This document shows positions 45,121-55,118 of a stretch of 64,000 bases of DNA, one piece after another (the first letter of the stretch is position 1; every line of letters begins with the position of its first letter). Source of the DNA: an uncultured Planctomycetaceae bacterium (GTDB lineage Bacteria; Planctomycetota; Planctomycetia; Pirellulales; PALSA-1355); NCBI GenBank assembly GCA_937952415.1, contig CALFYT010000069.1, forward strand, positions 439 to 64,438, given 5' to 3'. Made by a program: the position numbers and the translations under genes. The notes below the pieces were generated by a model. It worked only from the letters and a program-made list of their open reading frames with translations. It had not been told where the DNA came from and ran no database searches.

Positions 45121-45930
45121 TCAGCCAAGGCCCGTGCGTTGGCGCAGCGCTTCGTAGAACAAGACGGCCGCTGCGGCCGAAACATTCAAGCTGTCGGCCG
45201 TGCCGTGCATCGGCAGCCCAATCGGCTTGACGTCGGCGTCGCGCCATGCTTTCGACAGCCCGCTCGACTCGCTGCCCAACAGAATCGCCGAGCGACCGCG
45301 AAAGTCCACGTCGGAATACGCACAGTCCGCGTCGAGTCGTGCCGCGAATAGCTTGAATTGGTTGGATCGAAGCCACGCGAGCGCGTCGGAACCCGCAGCT
45401 TCGACAACCGGTTTGGCGAAAATCGTGCCCAGGCTCGCGCGAATGCAATTCGGGTTGAATAGATCGGTTGCTGGGTCGGCAACAATCACCGCGTCGACAC
45501 CGGCGGCATCCGCGCTGCGAATGATCGCCCCGACGTTGCCCGGCTTCTCCAAACCACAGGCCACGGCGACCAGTGCGTTGTCGGCAACGTGCAACTGTTC
45601 GAGTCCAGGGCAGGGCGTGTGGGCAACGGCGACCAGGCCCTCGTGGCGCTTTCCAAACGCGAGCCGCGAAAAAACCTCTGGCGATACGTCCCAGACCGGC
45701 ACCCCCAGTTTGTCGATGCGGGCCAGCACCGTGTCGCCGCCAGATTGCTGGCAGAGCGACCGACAAACGAACACCTCGACAAGCTCCACTTTGGCGTCAA
45801 CCGCGCGACCAATTTCGCGAATGCCGTCAACAAGCGTTCGCTGCTGCTTGGTGCGGTGCCGGCTCAAGCGCAGTCGCGCAGCGTCCTTGATGCGGTGATT
45901 CTGCGGGCTGGTGATCGACCGGGAGTTCAT
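45121..45930 (-). CDS. TrmH/SpoU-family RNA 2'-O-methyltransferase
   Basis: ORF 45121..46206. The ATG at 45930 gives MNSRSITSPQNHRIKDAARL. SPOUT motifs GLEKPGNVGAIIRSADAAGV, ILLGSESSGLS, IPMHGTADSLNVSAAAAVLFYE. Confidence 0.88.
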   Translation of the reverse strand: MNSRSITSPQNHRIKDAARLRLSRHRTKQQRTLVDGIREIGRAVDAKVELVEVFVCRSLCQQSGGDTVLARIDKLGVPVWDVSPEVFSRLAFGKRHEGLVAVAHTPCPGLEQLHVADNALVAVACGLEKPGNVGAIIRSADAAGVDAVIVADPATDLFNPNCIRASLGTIFAKPVVEAAGSDALAWLRSNQFKLFAARLDADCAYSDVDFRGRSAILLGSESSGLSKAWRDADVKPIGLPMHGTADSLNVSAAAAVLFYEALRQRTGLG

Positions 45931-46853
45931 GGACACCGGGCAGAGCGCGGGCGGGCGGACTTGTCCGCTATTGGCGAGGATTCTGCATCTGCCACCGGGG
46001 CGGTCCAACGTACAACCGCGCCGCAGTGCAGCTTTCCGCCGGAGGTCGAATGAAGGAACATGTCGCTGGCCATGATCTTGCCGCGGCGTTGCAGACCCGG
46101 AGCCGACGTGATTGCCGCCTTCAAGAGCCCTTCGGCGCCCGATAGCTCTCCCGAATGGGCCGTCAGCAACAAGAACCGACCGCCGTTGCCCATCAATTCC
46201 AGGCACAGCTCGAGCAATTCACCCAACTGATCGGCGAGTTTCCATTCTTGGCCCTTCGGACCGTGGCCATAGGCGGGTGGGTCGAGGATTACGGCATCAT
46301 ATTGTCGGCGACGCTTCAATTCGCGTCGCATGAAAGTCAACGCGTCTTCAGCGATCCACCGGATCGGGGCTTGCTCCATGTGCGAGGTGGCCGCGTTGCG
46401 CCGGGCCCATGCGACGACATTTCGTGCCGCGTCGACGTGGGTTACTTCCGCGCCAACCGCGGCCGCGGCCAGGCTGCTCGCGCCGGTATATCCGAACAGA
46501 TTCAGCACGCGCATCGGTTCGTCGTTCGCACCCACCTGTGCGGCGATCCAGTCCCAGTTCGCGGCTTGTTCGGCAAAGATCCCGACCTGACCGAAGTCGG
46601 AGAATCGGAGCCCCAGCTTCATGGGGCCAAACTGGATGGGCCACGTGGCGGCGATCTGGCGGCGAAACGTCCAGCGGCCGCGTTGTCCTGCCTGTCGCTC
46701 GAAGCGCGCATCGGCCTGTTCCCATAACTCCGCAGCGCCGCGCTTGGCAGTTGCGGCGGCCGGCGACGGCCGATCGATCGTGTACGGACCGAAGCGCTCG
46801 AGCTTGCGCCCAGCTCCGAGATCCAACAGTTCGTACTCGTCACTTTCAAACAT
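45927..46853 (-). CDS. Class I SAM-dependent (rRNA-type, RlmI/RlmK-like) methyltransferase
   Basis: ORF 45927..47027. The ATG at 46853 (MFESDEYELLDLG) lies 5 nt after the ygiQ stop. SAM motif VLNLFGYTGASSLAAA; catalytic DAVILDPPAYG. Its stop overlaps the TrmH-family start in an ATGA overlap. Confidence 0.82.
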   Translation of the reverse strand: MFESDEYELLDLGAGRKLERFGPYTIDRPSPAAATAKRGAAELWEQADARFERQAGQRGRWTFRRQIAATWPIQFGPMKLGLRFSDFGQVGIFAEQAANWDWIAAQVGANDEPMRVLNLFGYTGASSLAAAAVGAEVTHVDAARNVVAWARRNAATSHMEQAPIRWIAEDALTFMRRELKRRRQYDAVILDPPAYGHGPKGQEWKLADQLGELLELCLELMGNGGRFLLLTAHSGELSGAEGLLKAAITSAPGLQRRGKIMASDMFLHSTSGGKLHCGAVVRWTAPVADAESSPIADKSARPRSARCP

Positions 46854-46858
46854 AGGCG

Positions 46859-48877
46859 CTAGCGGCTGTGCTTTTCGCGTCGGCGCGCCGTCTTGCGTTT
46901 GGGGCGATATCCGCCTTGTCCGCCCGAGCGGATATGGTCGCCCGACGTCTGTTCGCGCAGCGCCTTGTTCGCCCTCCGCCGCCGACGATTCAGAGCCTCT
47001 TTCGGCGGGCGCTCGGGAATCAGACAATCGCAGCCGCTGCCGATCAAATCAGCGCGTCCGGCCTGTTGCAGCGCACGGCGGACCTCGAAGTAGTTCTCCG
47101 GCTTGAAGAACTGCATCAAGGCGCGCTGCAGTTTGCGGTCGCGCAGGTGTTTCGCGATGTAGACCGGCTTTTTCGTGAAGGGGTCGAGCCCCGTGTGATA
47201 CATGCACGCCGCGATGTCGAACGGGCTGGGGATAAAGTCTTGCACCTGATCCGGCTCGTAATGATTGCGCTTGAGAAACAGAGCCAGCTCGATCATCGTC
47301 TCGAGCGTGCTGCCGGGATGGCTGGCGATGAAGTACGGCACCAGGTACTGCTTCTTGCCGGCCCGTTTCGATGCTTTTTGGAATTCGCCGTCGAACTTCG
47401 TGAAGTCGTCGATCCCCGGCTTCTTCATCAGTGACAAGACGCCGGAATCGGTATGTTCCGGGGCCACCTTCAAGTGGCCGCCGACGTGATGCGTAGCCAA
47501 TTCGCGCATGTACTGCGGGCTGCGACGTGCCAGATCCATCCGCAGGCCGGACGCGACCAGCACTTTCTTCACACCCGGTTCGTTGCGGGCCGCGTGCATC
47601 AACTCGATCAGCGGACCATGGTCGGTACCCAGCAGTTTGCAAATCGTCGGGTGGACGCAGCTCAGCCGGCGGCATTTGGCCTCGACTTCGGGCCGAGTGC
47701 AGCGCATTTGGTACATGTTGGCCGTGGGGCCACCGATGTCACTTACCACGCCTTTGAATTCCGGGTCTTCGGTCATTTGGCGGATTTCGCCCACGACCGA
47801 CTCCTGACTGCGGCTTTGGATAATGCGGCCTTCATGCGCCGTGATGGAGCAAAATGTGCAGCCGCCGAAACAACCCCGCATGATCTGCACCGAATCCTTG
47901 ACTACCTGGTAGGCCGGAATTGCGGCATCGCCATAGCTGGGATGTGGCTTGCGCGTGAACGGCAGTCCGTACGCCCGATCCATTTCCTCTTGCGACAAGG
48001 GTAATGCTGGCGGATTTGCAACCAGGCACTCGCGATCGTGGAACTGCAGCAGCCTCCGAGCGTTGTACGGATTCGTTTCGTTGTGCGAGATCTTGGTCAT
48101 CTCGGCGAAGGCCCAACGGTCGGCCACCACCTGTTCGTAGCTGGGCAGCGTAACCGTTTGGTGCTGGCTCGTCGGCAAACTCTGATTTGCTCCCAGTCGA
48201 TAGGCAACGCCGCGCATGTCGTACAGATCTTGCACGCTCTGGCCCGCATCCAGCCGCTGTGCGATTTCGACAATCGCCCGTTCGCCCATGCCGAAAACCA
48301 GTAGATCCGCCTTGCTGTCCATGATGATCGAACGGCGGACTTTGTCGCTCCAATAGTCGTAGTGGGCCAGCCGGCGCAGACTGGCCTCGACTCCGCCGGC
48401 AATTACCGGCACGCCGCGGAATGCTTCGCGCGCACGTTGACAGTAGGCCAACGTAGCGCGATCGGGCCGCCGGCCGATGGCGCCACCCGGACTGTAGGCG
48501 TCGTCGTTGCGCACTTTGCGATTTGCCGTGTAGTGATTGATCATCGAGTCCATGTTGCCGGCACTGACGGCAAAGAACAGCCGCGGCCGTCCGAAAGTGC
48601 GCCACGCTTCACAATCGTGCCAGTTCGGCTGGCTGACGATGCCGACGCGATAGCCCTGGCTTTCGAGCAGCCGCCCCAGCAGCGCCATGGCGAAGCTCGG
48701 ATGATCGACGTAGGCATCTCCGGTGACAAAGACGATATCCACCTCGTCCCATCCGCGCTGTGTCATCTCGGCGCGCGACATCGGCAGCGGCGGCGTCGGT
48801 TTGGGTCGCCGCGCGGTGTCTTGGCCCGTGGGCTCTTGAATGACTGGTAGCGAACTGGACATGGGCACTGAACTCAT
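46859..48877 (-). CDS. ygiQ: YgiQ-family radical SAM protein (UPF0313)
   Basis: 672-aa [42 protein letters not shown] matches the YgiQ N-terminal domain. Radical SAM cluster motif [10 protein letters not shown]. Basic C-terminal tail. Confidence 0.9.
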   Translation of the reverse strand: MSSVPMSSSLPVIQEPTGQDTARRPKPTPPLPMSRAEMTQRGWDEVDIVFVTGDAYVDHPSFAMALLGRLLESQGYRVGIVSQPNWHDCEAWRTFGRPRLFFAVSAGNMDSMINHYTANRKVRNDDAYSPGGAIGRRPDRATLAYCQRAREAFRGVPVIAGGVEASLRRLAHYDYWSDKVRRSIIMDSKADLLVFGMGERAIVEIAQRLDAGQSVQDLYDMRGVAYRLGANQSLPTSQHQTVTLPSYEQVVADRWAFAEMTKISHNETNPYNARRLLQFHDRECLVANPPALPLSQEEMDRAYGLPFTRKPHPSYGDAAIPAYQVVKDSVQIMRGCFGGCTFCSITAHEGRIIQSRSQESVVGEIRQMTEDPEFKGVVSDIGGPTANMYQMRCTRPEVEAKCRRLSCVHPTICKLLGTDHGPLIELMHAARNEPGVKKVLVASGLRMDLARRSPQYMRELATHHVGGHLKVAPEHTDSGVLSLMKKPGIDDFTKFDGEFQKASKRAGKKQYLVPYFIASHPGSTLETMIELALFLKRNHYEPDQVQDFIPSPFDIAACMYHTGLDPFTKKPVYIAKHLRDRKLQRALMQFFKPENYFEVRRALQQAGRADLIGSGCDCLIPERPPKEALNRRRRRANKALREQTSGDHIRSGGQGGYRPKRKTARRREKHSR

Positions 48878-49095
48878 TTGCGAAAGCGTCGCGCGTGAAA
48901 CCGCGCGTCGCCCCGTATTCTATCAGCCAGTGGATCGGCCCGGCTACCGGTCGAAACACGAGTTGGCGGGTATGTCACGCGGAGGGCCTGTCGCGGCCCG
49001 CACAACCGGCGACGACGGGCCTTGTCACCACGCGATTGACCGATATCGTGGTATCAAAGCCCCAAACTTCCGACTGCCACGGCAATCGACGCGCC

Positions 49096-49305
49096 ATGCC
49101 CGATCCACGATCACCGATTTCGCAACGCACCCTGCTGCTGATCATCATGGGCACGCTGGTGGCGTGGGCGCTCTACGTCGCGATCGGTGCCTATTGGTAC
49201 AACTTCGACTGGATGCGGGCAGTCGTCGTGCTGGGATGCATGGCGGCGTTTCTTGGTGTTTGGTTGCTGTTGCTGTGGGCCCGGCGCGGGCACAAGCGGC
49301 GTTAG
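49096..49305 (+). CDS. Small hypothetical membrane protein (2 TM helices)
   Basis: Within ORF 48895..49305. The ATG at 49096 gives MPDPRSPISQRTLLLIIMGTLVAWALYVAIGAYWYNFDWMRAVVVLGCMAAFLGVWLLLLWARRGHKRR. Composition is clean compared with the overlapping frames. No family recognised. Confidence 0.4.
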   Translation: MPDPRSPISQRTLLLIIMGTLVAWALYVAIGAYWYNFDWMRAVVVLGCMAAFLGVWLLLLWARRGHKRR

Positions 49306-49567
49306 TCGCGCTGGCCGGTTGGGCCTGCTATCTGCAGCGGCGATTCGCCGTGCGTCCAAACGGAATCGGGCAAGAAGAATGCGCGCCTCAACACGCGCAG
49401 TGTGCAGGATTTGCGCGAGGTTTGCGCGGCTGCGCTACCGACCTTTTCCGACACCCGCGACGTAGAATACACGGGGTGCCTGCGCGGGAATCCGAACTGT
49501 GCGGATTAGCCAGGATTGGCCATAATCTCCGCCAGGTCGATTGCAGATCAACAGAGGTGCTATCCAC

Positions 49568-51271
49568 ATGGCTCATTCACAAGCTGCCGCCGAGTTGCCC
49601 ATTCGCAGCCACGTTCCGACGACGGGGTCAACCGTGGGACTATCGATCGGCGAATACTTGATTCGTCGCTTGCAGGATTACGGAATCGGCCACGTGTTCG
49701 GCATTCCGGGCGACTACGTTTTGCAATTCTATTCGATGCTCGATCGTAGCCCGCTCGAAGTCGTGACGACCACGCGCGAAGACTGTGCGGGCTTTGCCGC
49801 CGACGCGTACGCGCGCGTCCATGGGATGAGCGCAGTTTGCGTTACTTACTGTGTTGGCGGGCTGAGCGTTTGCAACTCCGTGGCCGGAGCCTACGCCGAA
49901 AAGTCGCCCGTGGTGGTGATTACCGGATCGCCTGGGATGCAGGAGCGACACAACGACCCGCTGTTGCACCACATGGTGCGCGATTTTCGCACGCAATACG
50001 ACGTGTTCGAAAAGCTGTGCATTGCCGGCGCAGAGCTCGATGATCCGCGTCGGGCATTTTACGAAATCGATCGCGTCCTGGCGGCCGCGGCGCGCTACAA
50101 GCGGCCTGTCTATCTGGAAATCCCCCGCGACATGGTCGACGTGGTTCCGGAGGTTCCCCACGAGTTTGAGTATACCGACATCTCGAGCGATCCCCACGTG
50201 CTGGCCGAGGCGGTGGCCGAGGCCGAAGCATGGCTAAACAACTGCAAGCGTCCGGCGATCGTTGCCGGGGTCGAAATCCATCGGTTCGGGCTGCAGGACG
50301 AATTGTTGGCGCTGGCCGAAGGATCGCAAATCGCCATCACCACGACCATGCTCGGCAAGAGCGTCATCTCCGAAACACATCCGTTATTCGTGGGGCTTTA
50401 TGAAGGTGCGATGGGCAACAGCGAAGTGACCCAGTTCATCGAGCAAAGCGATTGCCTGCTGCTGCTGGGAACCTTCATGACCGACATCAATTTGGGCATC
50501 TACACGGCGAAGCTCGACCCGGCCAATTGCATCTACGCCACCAGTGAACAGCTGCGCGTGCGGCACCACCATTTTCACAACGTGCTGTTGCCCGACTTTC
50601 TGCGCGAGCTGGCGGCCCGGCGCCCGCGTGCCGCGAAGCGCGCTCTGCCCGCGATCAAGCACGGATCGGCAGAGAAGTACGTGCTGCGCGCCGACGATCC
50701 GATTCGCATCGAGCGACTGATTGCCCGGCTGAACGAATCGCTCAACGACGAGACGGTGGTTGTCGCCGACATTGGCGACTCGTTGTTTGCCGCCAGCGAA
50801 TTGGTGATCCGCGGCCGCACCGAGTTCCTGAGCCCGGCGTACTACACGTCGATGGGCTTCTCGGTTCCGGCTGCGTTGGGTACGCACATGGCTCGACCCG
50901 ATCTGCGGACCATCGCGATCGTAGGCGACGGGGCGTTTCAAATGACCGGGACCGAACTTTCGTCGCTCGTGCGGCACAAGAGCCCGACGATCGTCATCGT
51001 GCTCGATAACGGAGGGTACGGCACCGAGCGGTTCTTGCACCCAGGCGAATTCGAGTTCAATGAGATTCAACCCTGGGCCTACCACAGGCTGCCGGAAGTG
51101 TTCGGCGGGGGCACCGGGTATGAGGTGCGGACCGAAGGCGACTTCGATCATGCACTGCGGCAATCGCTAGCAGACACCTCCGGGCCCAGCCTGATTCACG
51201 TGCATCTGGATCGGGGCGACCACAGCGTGGCCCTGAGGCGCTTGACCGAACGGTTGAGCCAGCGGGTCTAG
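49568..51271 (+). CDS. Thiamine-diphosphate-dependent alpha-keto-acid decarboxylase (indolepyruvate/phenylpyruvate decarboxylase family)
   Basis: ORF 49541..51271, with ATG at 49568. [44 protein letters not shown] (catalytic Glu), and TPP motif [24 protein letters not shown]. Confidence 0.88.
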   Translation: MAHSQAAAELPIRSHVPTTGSTVGLSIGEYLIRRLQDYGIGHVFGIPGDYVLQFYSMLDRSPLEVVTTTREDCAGFAADAYARVHGMSAVCVTYCVGGLSVCNSVAGAYAEKSPVVVITGSPGMQERHNDPLLHHMVRDFRTQYDVFEKLCIAGAELDDPRRAFYEIDRVLAAAARYKRPVYLEIPRDMVDVVPEVPHEFEYTDISSDPHVLAEAVAEAEAWLNNCKRPAIVAGVEIHRFGLQDELLALAEGSQIAITTTMLGKSVISETHPLFVGLYEGAMGNSEVTQFIEQSDCLLLLGTFMTDINLGIYTAKLDPANCIYATSEQLRVRHHHFHNVLLPDFLRELAARRPRAAKRALPAIKHGSAEKYVLRADDPIRIERLIARLNESLNDETVVVADIGDSLFAASELVIRGRTEFLSPAYYTSMGFSVPAALGTHMARPDLRTIAIVGDGAFQMTGTELSSLVRHKSPTIVIVLDNGGYGTERFLHPGEFEFNEIQPWAYHRLPEVFGGGTGYEVRTEGDFDHALRQSLADTSGPSLIHVHLDRGDHSVALRRLTERLSQRV

Positions 51272-51277
51272 CAGTCC

Positions 51278-51308
51278 GTTGAAAAATGCCATTGTGGCAT
51301 TTTTCAAC
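51278..51308 (+). terminator. Perfect 14-bp AT-rich hairpin just after the decarboxylase stop (candidate bidirectional intrinsic terminator)
   Basis: GTTGAAAAATGCCA-TTG-TGGCATTTTTCAAC. Arms 51278-51291 and 51295-51308 are perfect complements. The inner GC core is flanked by an A5 and a T5 run. It starts 7 nt after the stop at 51271. Confidence 0.45.
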
Positions 51309-51316
51309 CTCGCCAA

Positions 51317-51371
51317 GTGCGGAGCCAAGCTCCGCACGGCTCGCAGAATAACGACTTACGTCGCTATTCTG
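51317..51371. other. Two further stem-loops immediately downstream of the first
   Basis: GTGCGGAGC-CAA-GCTCCGCAC (51317-51337, perfect 9 bp). CAGAATAACGAC-TTAC-GTCGCTATTCTG (51344-51371, 11 of 12 bp). Confidence 0.5.
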
Positions 51372-51425
51372 GCATCGCGTCCGCGCGATGACGCACCCCG
51401 TCGAATTCTTCAACGGGCTGCTAGA

Positions 51426-51507
51426 TCGCCGCCGGGCGAGAATCTGCCGAAACGCGGGCGAAACGCTATTGGGGATTTCGCCGCCGGGCGGATAAGATTC
51501 TCCGCCC
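51426..51507 (+). promoter_or_regulatory. Structured leader of the GT9 gene: a 13-nt direct repeat and a long-range stem ending at the start codon
   Basis: TCGCCGCCGGGCG occurs at 51426-51438 and 51478-51490. GGGCGAGAATC (51434-51444) pairs with GATTCTCCGCCC (51496-51507), giving 11 bp with a 1-nt bulge. The ATG is at 51508. Confidence 0.35.
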
Positions 51508-52554
51508 ATGAAAACGCCCCTGAAAAGCTCGCGAATTCTGATTGTCCGCCTCAGCGCGATTGGCGACGTGCTGCACGGTCTGCCTGTGCTGTGTGCCCTG
51601 CGCCAGGCACTGCCCCAAGCGTATCTGGCATGGGTCGTCGAGGGCCGAACCGGCGACCTGATCCGTTCGCACGCGGCACTGGACGAAGTGATCGCCGTGC
51701 CGCGCGGTTGGCTCAAATCGCCGCGCGCCGTGCTGGCACTAGGGCGCCAACTGCGGGCCAAACGGTTCGACATTGCGATCGACTTGCAGGGACTCACCAA
51801 GAGCGCCGTGGCCTCGCGATTGTCGCGCGCGCGCCGCCGCATAGGCTTCGCCGGCGCCGACGGACGTGAGCTGAGCCGCTGGCTAAACAACGAACTGATC
51901 ATGCCGACCGCCGAACACGTCGTGGACCGCAACTTGGAGTTGCTCCGAGCGCTCGGCATCGACAAGCCCCCGGTTCGCTTCGATCTGGAGATCGCTGCGC
52001 AGGATCGAGCGTCGGCGCAGCGTGTGCTACACGAGGTCGGGACCGCCGAGTCGTTCGCCGTGATCAATCCGGGCGCCGGGTGGCCGTCGAAGCTCTGGCC
52101 GGCGGATCGGTTCGCGGCAGTGGCTCGCTATTTGGGCCGATCACGCGCCCTGCGGTCGCTTGTGGTTTGGGCCGGCGAACAAGAGCGGGCCTGGGGCGAG
52201 CAAATCGCCGGCGAATCGGACGGGTGGGCCGCCTTGGCTCCGCCAACCAGTCTTGGCGAACTGGCCGCGATCGCCCGGCAGGCTGACTTGTTCATCAGTT
52301 CCGACACGGGGCCGTTGCACTTGGCCGCCGCAGTCGGAACGCCGTGCGTCGGACTATTCGGTCCCATGCCGGCCAAACGCAACGGACCGTATGGTGCACA
52401 GCACGTCACGGTGCAGAAGGTCTGTCTGGCCGGCAGCAGCCGGCAGCGCCGCACCGCCGGGCCCGAATCGATGGAAGCGATTTCCGTCGAAGACGTGCGC
52501 GCTGCCTGCGATCGAATTCTTAACCGGGGCGGCGGATTGAAGCGCTCCGCGTAG
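51508..52554 (+). CDS. Glycosyltransferase family 9 (LPS heptosyltransferase-like)
   Basis: 348-aa ORF. SRILIVRLSAIGDVLHGLPVLCALRQALP.., FDIAIDLQG, NPGAGWPSKLWP, FISSDTGPLHLAAAVGTPCVGLFGP. Confidence 0.9.
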   Translation: MKTPLKSSRILIVRLSAIGDVLHGLPVLCALRQALPQAYLAWVVEGRTGDLIRSHAALDEVIAVPRGWLKSPRAVLALGRQLRAKRFDIAIDLQGLTKSAVASRLSRARRRIGFAGADGRELSRWLNNELIMPTAEHVVDRNLELLRALGIDKPPVRFDLEIAAQDRASAQRVLHEVGTAESFAVINPGAGWPSKLWPADRFAAVARYLGRSRALRSLVVWAGEQERAWGEQIAGESDGWAALAPPTSLGELAAIARQADLFISSDTGPLHLAAAVGTPCVGLFGPMPAKRNGPYGAQHVTVQKVCLAGSSRQRRTAGPESMEAISVEDVRAACDRILNRGGGLKRSA

Positions 52555-52606
52555 CGCGAGTCATCCGGCCAGCCCGGCAATGCCGGCGTGCCGCGAGCAT
52601 GCACGG

Positions 52607-53221
52607 CTAACCCTTGTCCGCCTTGGCGCCCTGGCCCGACTTGTAGAGGTACGGATTCATCGTCGGGTCGTTGTACATCTTGAACTGAAAGTACACTTTC
52701 AGCCGCTTGCGACCAGCGAAGATGTCGTCCAGCAGTTCGGCCAGCGACGTTGACAGGTCCTTGTGCTGCTCGGCAAGTACCTCAAGCCGCTGCCGCACTT
52801 TCGCTTGATGTTCCTCGCCGGCATCTTCCCGGTCGGCCTGTTCCTGCATGTGATAGCGGCGCAGCGCGAGGATAGAGAGCCGATCGATCGCACTGCCGGG
52901 CGTTTCAGTGTTCAGCTTTGCACCGGGCTCGGGCTCGACCTTGCGCTCCGCCAGTTCGCGCAGTAGAAACGCGTCGAGGGCTTCGATACCGTCGTTGCGT
53001 TTCTGGTTGAACCCGTCAATCGCCCGCTTCACGGCCGCGATCTTTTCGTCGCCCACGTTCGGGCTGCGGGCGATATCCTCTTCGTGCCAGAGTTGGAAGT
53101 TGAACGCATGCTGGTGGCACACCGCGTGCAAGAATCCGGAGTACGGATTCGAGATTTCTTCCGTATGCCAGCGCGCGACGGTGTCGGCGTGCAGCTTCGT
53201 AACTTCTTTGACGTCGATCAT
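52607..53221 (-). CDS. DUF4254 domain protein
   Basis: 204-aa ORF with ATG at 53221. HQHAFNFQLWHEEDIARS and SAIDRLSILALRRYHM match my recollection of DUF4254, a family often found beside GT9 heptosyltransferases. Confidence 0.75.
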   Translation of the reverse strand: MIDVKEVTKLHADTVARWHTEEISNPYSGFLHAVCHQHAFNFQLWHEEDIARSPNVGDEKIAAVKRAIDGFNQKRNDGIEALDAFLLRELAERKVEPEPGAKLNTETPGSAIDRLSILALRRYHMQEQADREDAGEEHQAKVRQRLEVLAEQHKDLSTSLAELLDDIFAGRKRLKVYFQFKMYNDPTMNPYLYKSGQGAKADKG

Positions 53222-53387
53222 GGTTCGCTCCGTCGACCGGCCTGATACGCGGGAAGTCCATCGCCATCCGTTTGGCCAAAAGTGTCCGAAATTCTATCGC
53301 TAGGCCCCAACGGCAACAACCCGACGATCCGGCAGCGCTCGGTCGCTTGATCTAGGCTCGGCTCGCGATGCGGCCTAAAATGCAACC

Positions 53388-54425
53388 ATGGTTGCCGCCA
53401 TGAAGTCCACGTCTGCCAAGCCCTCGCCGATCGCGCGTCCGTCGGTCCAGACCATTTTGTTGGCCGCGGTCCTGGCCGGCAGCGGCGCGCTGGTTGTCTA
53501 CCTGCTGATGTTTCACGATCCGGCAGCGGCGGCTCCGCGGGCGGCGTCGATCAGCGGCGGTCCCGCGCTGGCTGACATTCCCTTTGATGGTCAGCGGGCT
53601 TACGGATACCTACAAGAGTTGTGCGCCCTGGGCCGACGCACGAGCGACTCGCCCGGGATGCAAGCCCAGCGAACGCTGTTGGCGGCTCACTTCAAGAAGT
53701 TGGGCGGCGACGTGCGCTACCAGCGGTTTCGGGTGCGCCATCCCGTCGACGGCAGTCCGGTGCCGATGGCCAATATGATCGTTCGCTGGCACCCTGAGCG
53801 GCGCGAGCGCATCTTGTTGTGTACGCACTACGATACGCGCCCCTACCCGGACCAGGACTTGCGCAATCCGCGCGGAACGTTCATCGGGGCCAACGACGGT
53901 GCCAGCGGCTGCGCGCTCTTGATGGAACTGGCGCATGTTATGCCGGAGCTCGACGGCGAATTGGGCGTGGACTTCGTCTTCTTCGACGGCGAGGAGTATG
54001 TGTTTCGCGACGGCGATCCGTACTTCATCGGATCCGAATACTTCGCGCTCAACTACGCCGGCAATCCACGGGGCGTGCGCTACCGGTGGGCCGTGCTGCT
54101 CGACATGGTGGCCGATCGCGACTTGCAGATTGTGCCGGATCGTCACACGATGTCGTGGAGCGACTCTCGTCCGCTGGTGGAATCGATTTGGGGAACGGCC
54201 AAGCGGCTGGGGGTTACGGAATTCGACATCGAACAGCGGTGCGACGTGCTGGACGACCATCTCAAACTGCACAATATCGGCAAGATTCCCAGTTGCGACT
54301 TGATCGACTTCCGTTATCCGGCCTGGCACACCGAGGACGATCTGCCGGATCAGTGTTCGCCCCTGTCGCTGGCCAAGGTTGGCTGGGTCGTGCAGACTTG
54401 GCTTGAAGAGGCCGTTAAGCAATAG
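53388..54425 (+). CDS. M28-family peptidase / glutaminyl-peptide cyclotransferase-like protein
   Basis: 345-aa ORF with an N-terminal membrane anchor. ILLCTHYDTRPYPD, GANDGASGCALLMELA, FVFFDGEE (metal ligands), DDHLKLHNIGIP-like (DDHLKLHNIGKIP), WHTEDD. Confidence 0.85.
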   Translation: MVAAMKSTSAKPSPIARPSVQTILLAAVLAGSGALVVYLLMFHDPAAAAPRAASISGGPALADIPFDGQRAYGYLQELCALGRRTSDSPGMQAQRTLLAAHFKKLGGDVRYQRFRVRHPVDGSPVPMANMIVRWHPERRERILLCTHYDTRPYPDQDLRNPRGTFIGANDGASGCALLMELAHVMPELDGELGVDFVFFDGEEYVFRDGDPYFIGSEYFALNYAGNPRGVRYRWAVLLDMVADRDLQIVPDRHTMSWSDSRPLVESIWGTAKRLGVTEFDIEQRCDVLDDHLKLHNIGKIPSCDLIDFRYPAWHTEDDLPDQCSPLSLAKVGWVVQTWLEEAVKQ

Positions 54426-54458
54426 GCCGTCAAGCAGGCAATTGCACAAAGGTTGGCA

Positions 54459-55118
54459 ATGATGGTCATGGACACCTTTTCCGCCTGCGTCGCCCTTGGC
54501 CCATTGGCCATCTATCTGGTCATGATCGGGTTGGTCAACCTCATGCCCCGGCCACTGGTCGTCAACGGGACACGCGAAGTGATCGCCATGGGGCTGGCAT
54601 TGAGCGGGCTGGTGGTTGTCGGGCCGATGCAACTGTTCATGCCTGAGGCGGCTGCCGCGCGATTCGGCACGATGGTCTGGGCCTTGCTTTTGGGCTTTTA
54701 CATTCTGTGTCTGATGTTGGCGATCCTGGTAGTGCGGCCGCGGCTGGTGGTTTACAACCTGACGGTGGACCAACTTCGCGGCGTGCTAGCCGAGGTTGCG
54801 AATCGGATCGACCACGACAATCAGTGGGCCGGCCGCGCGCTCAGCTTGCCCCAATTGCGGATGCACCTGGTGATCGACAGTTTCGTGCCGATGTTCAACG
54901 TGACGTTGACTGCCACCAGTCACGGTCAGAGCGTGGCCGGCTGGCGGCGGCTCGAATCGGCGCTGCGCGACGCCTTGGCCGGAGTGCCCGCGGCGAGCCG
55001 TGCCCACGGGCTCTGGCTGGCGATGTGCGGGATGATGATCCTGATCGTGTTGGGGTTTCGCGTCGCGGACGATCCACAAACGATCGCGCGCGGCATCGCG
55101 CGGATGTTCACCCCGTAG
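54459..55118 (+). CDS. Hypothetical integral membrane protein
   Basis: ORF 54453..55118 starts with TTG. The ATG at 54459 lies 6 nt after AAAGG. Four hydrophobic helices plus a soluble middle segment. No family recognised. Confidence 0.6.
   Translation: MMVMDTFSACVALGPLAIYLVMIGLVNLMPRPLVVNGTREVIAMGLALSGLVVVGPMQLFMPEAAAARFGTMVWALLLGFYILCLMLAILVVRPRLVVYNLTVDQLRGVLAEVANRIDHDNQWAGRALSLPQLRMHLVIDSFVPMFNVTLTATSHGQSVAGWRRLESALRDALAGVPAASRAHGLWLAMCGMMILIVLGFRVADDPQTIARGIARMFTP

Noticed and set aside
48840-49661. 273-aa ORF spanning the gap between ygiQ and the decarboxylase gene.
   Set aside because: The composition is implausible, and it overlaps both the better small two-TM ORF (49096-49305) and the decarboxylase start.
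51295-51308. TGGCA in the first hairpin, considered as a sigma-54 -24 element.
   Set aside because: The required TTGC -12 element at the correct spacing is absent. The TGGCA is simply part of the palindrome.
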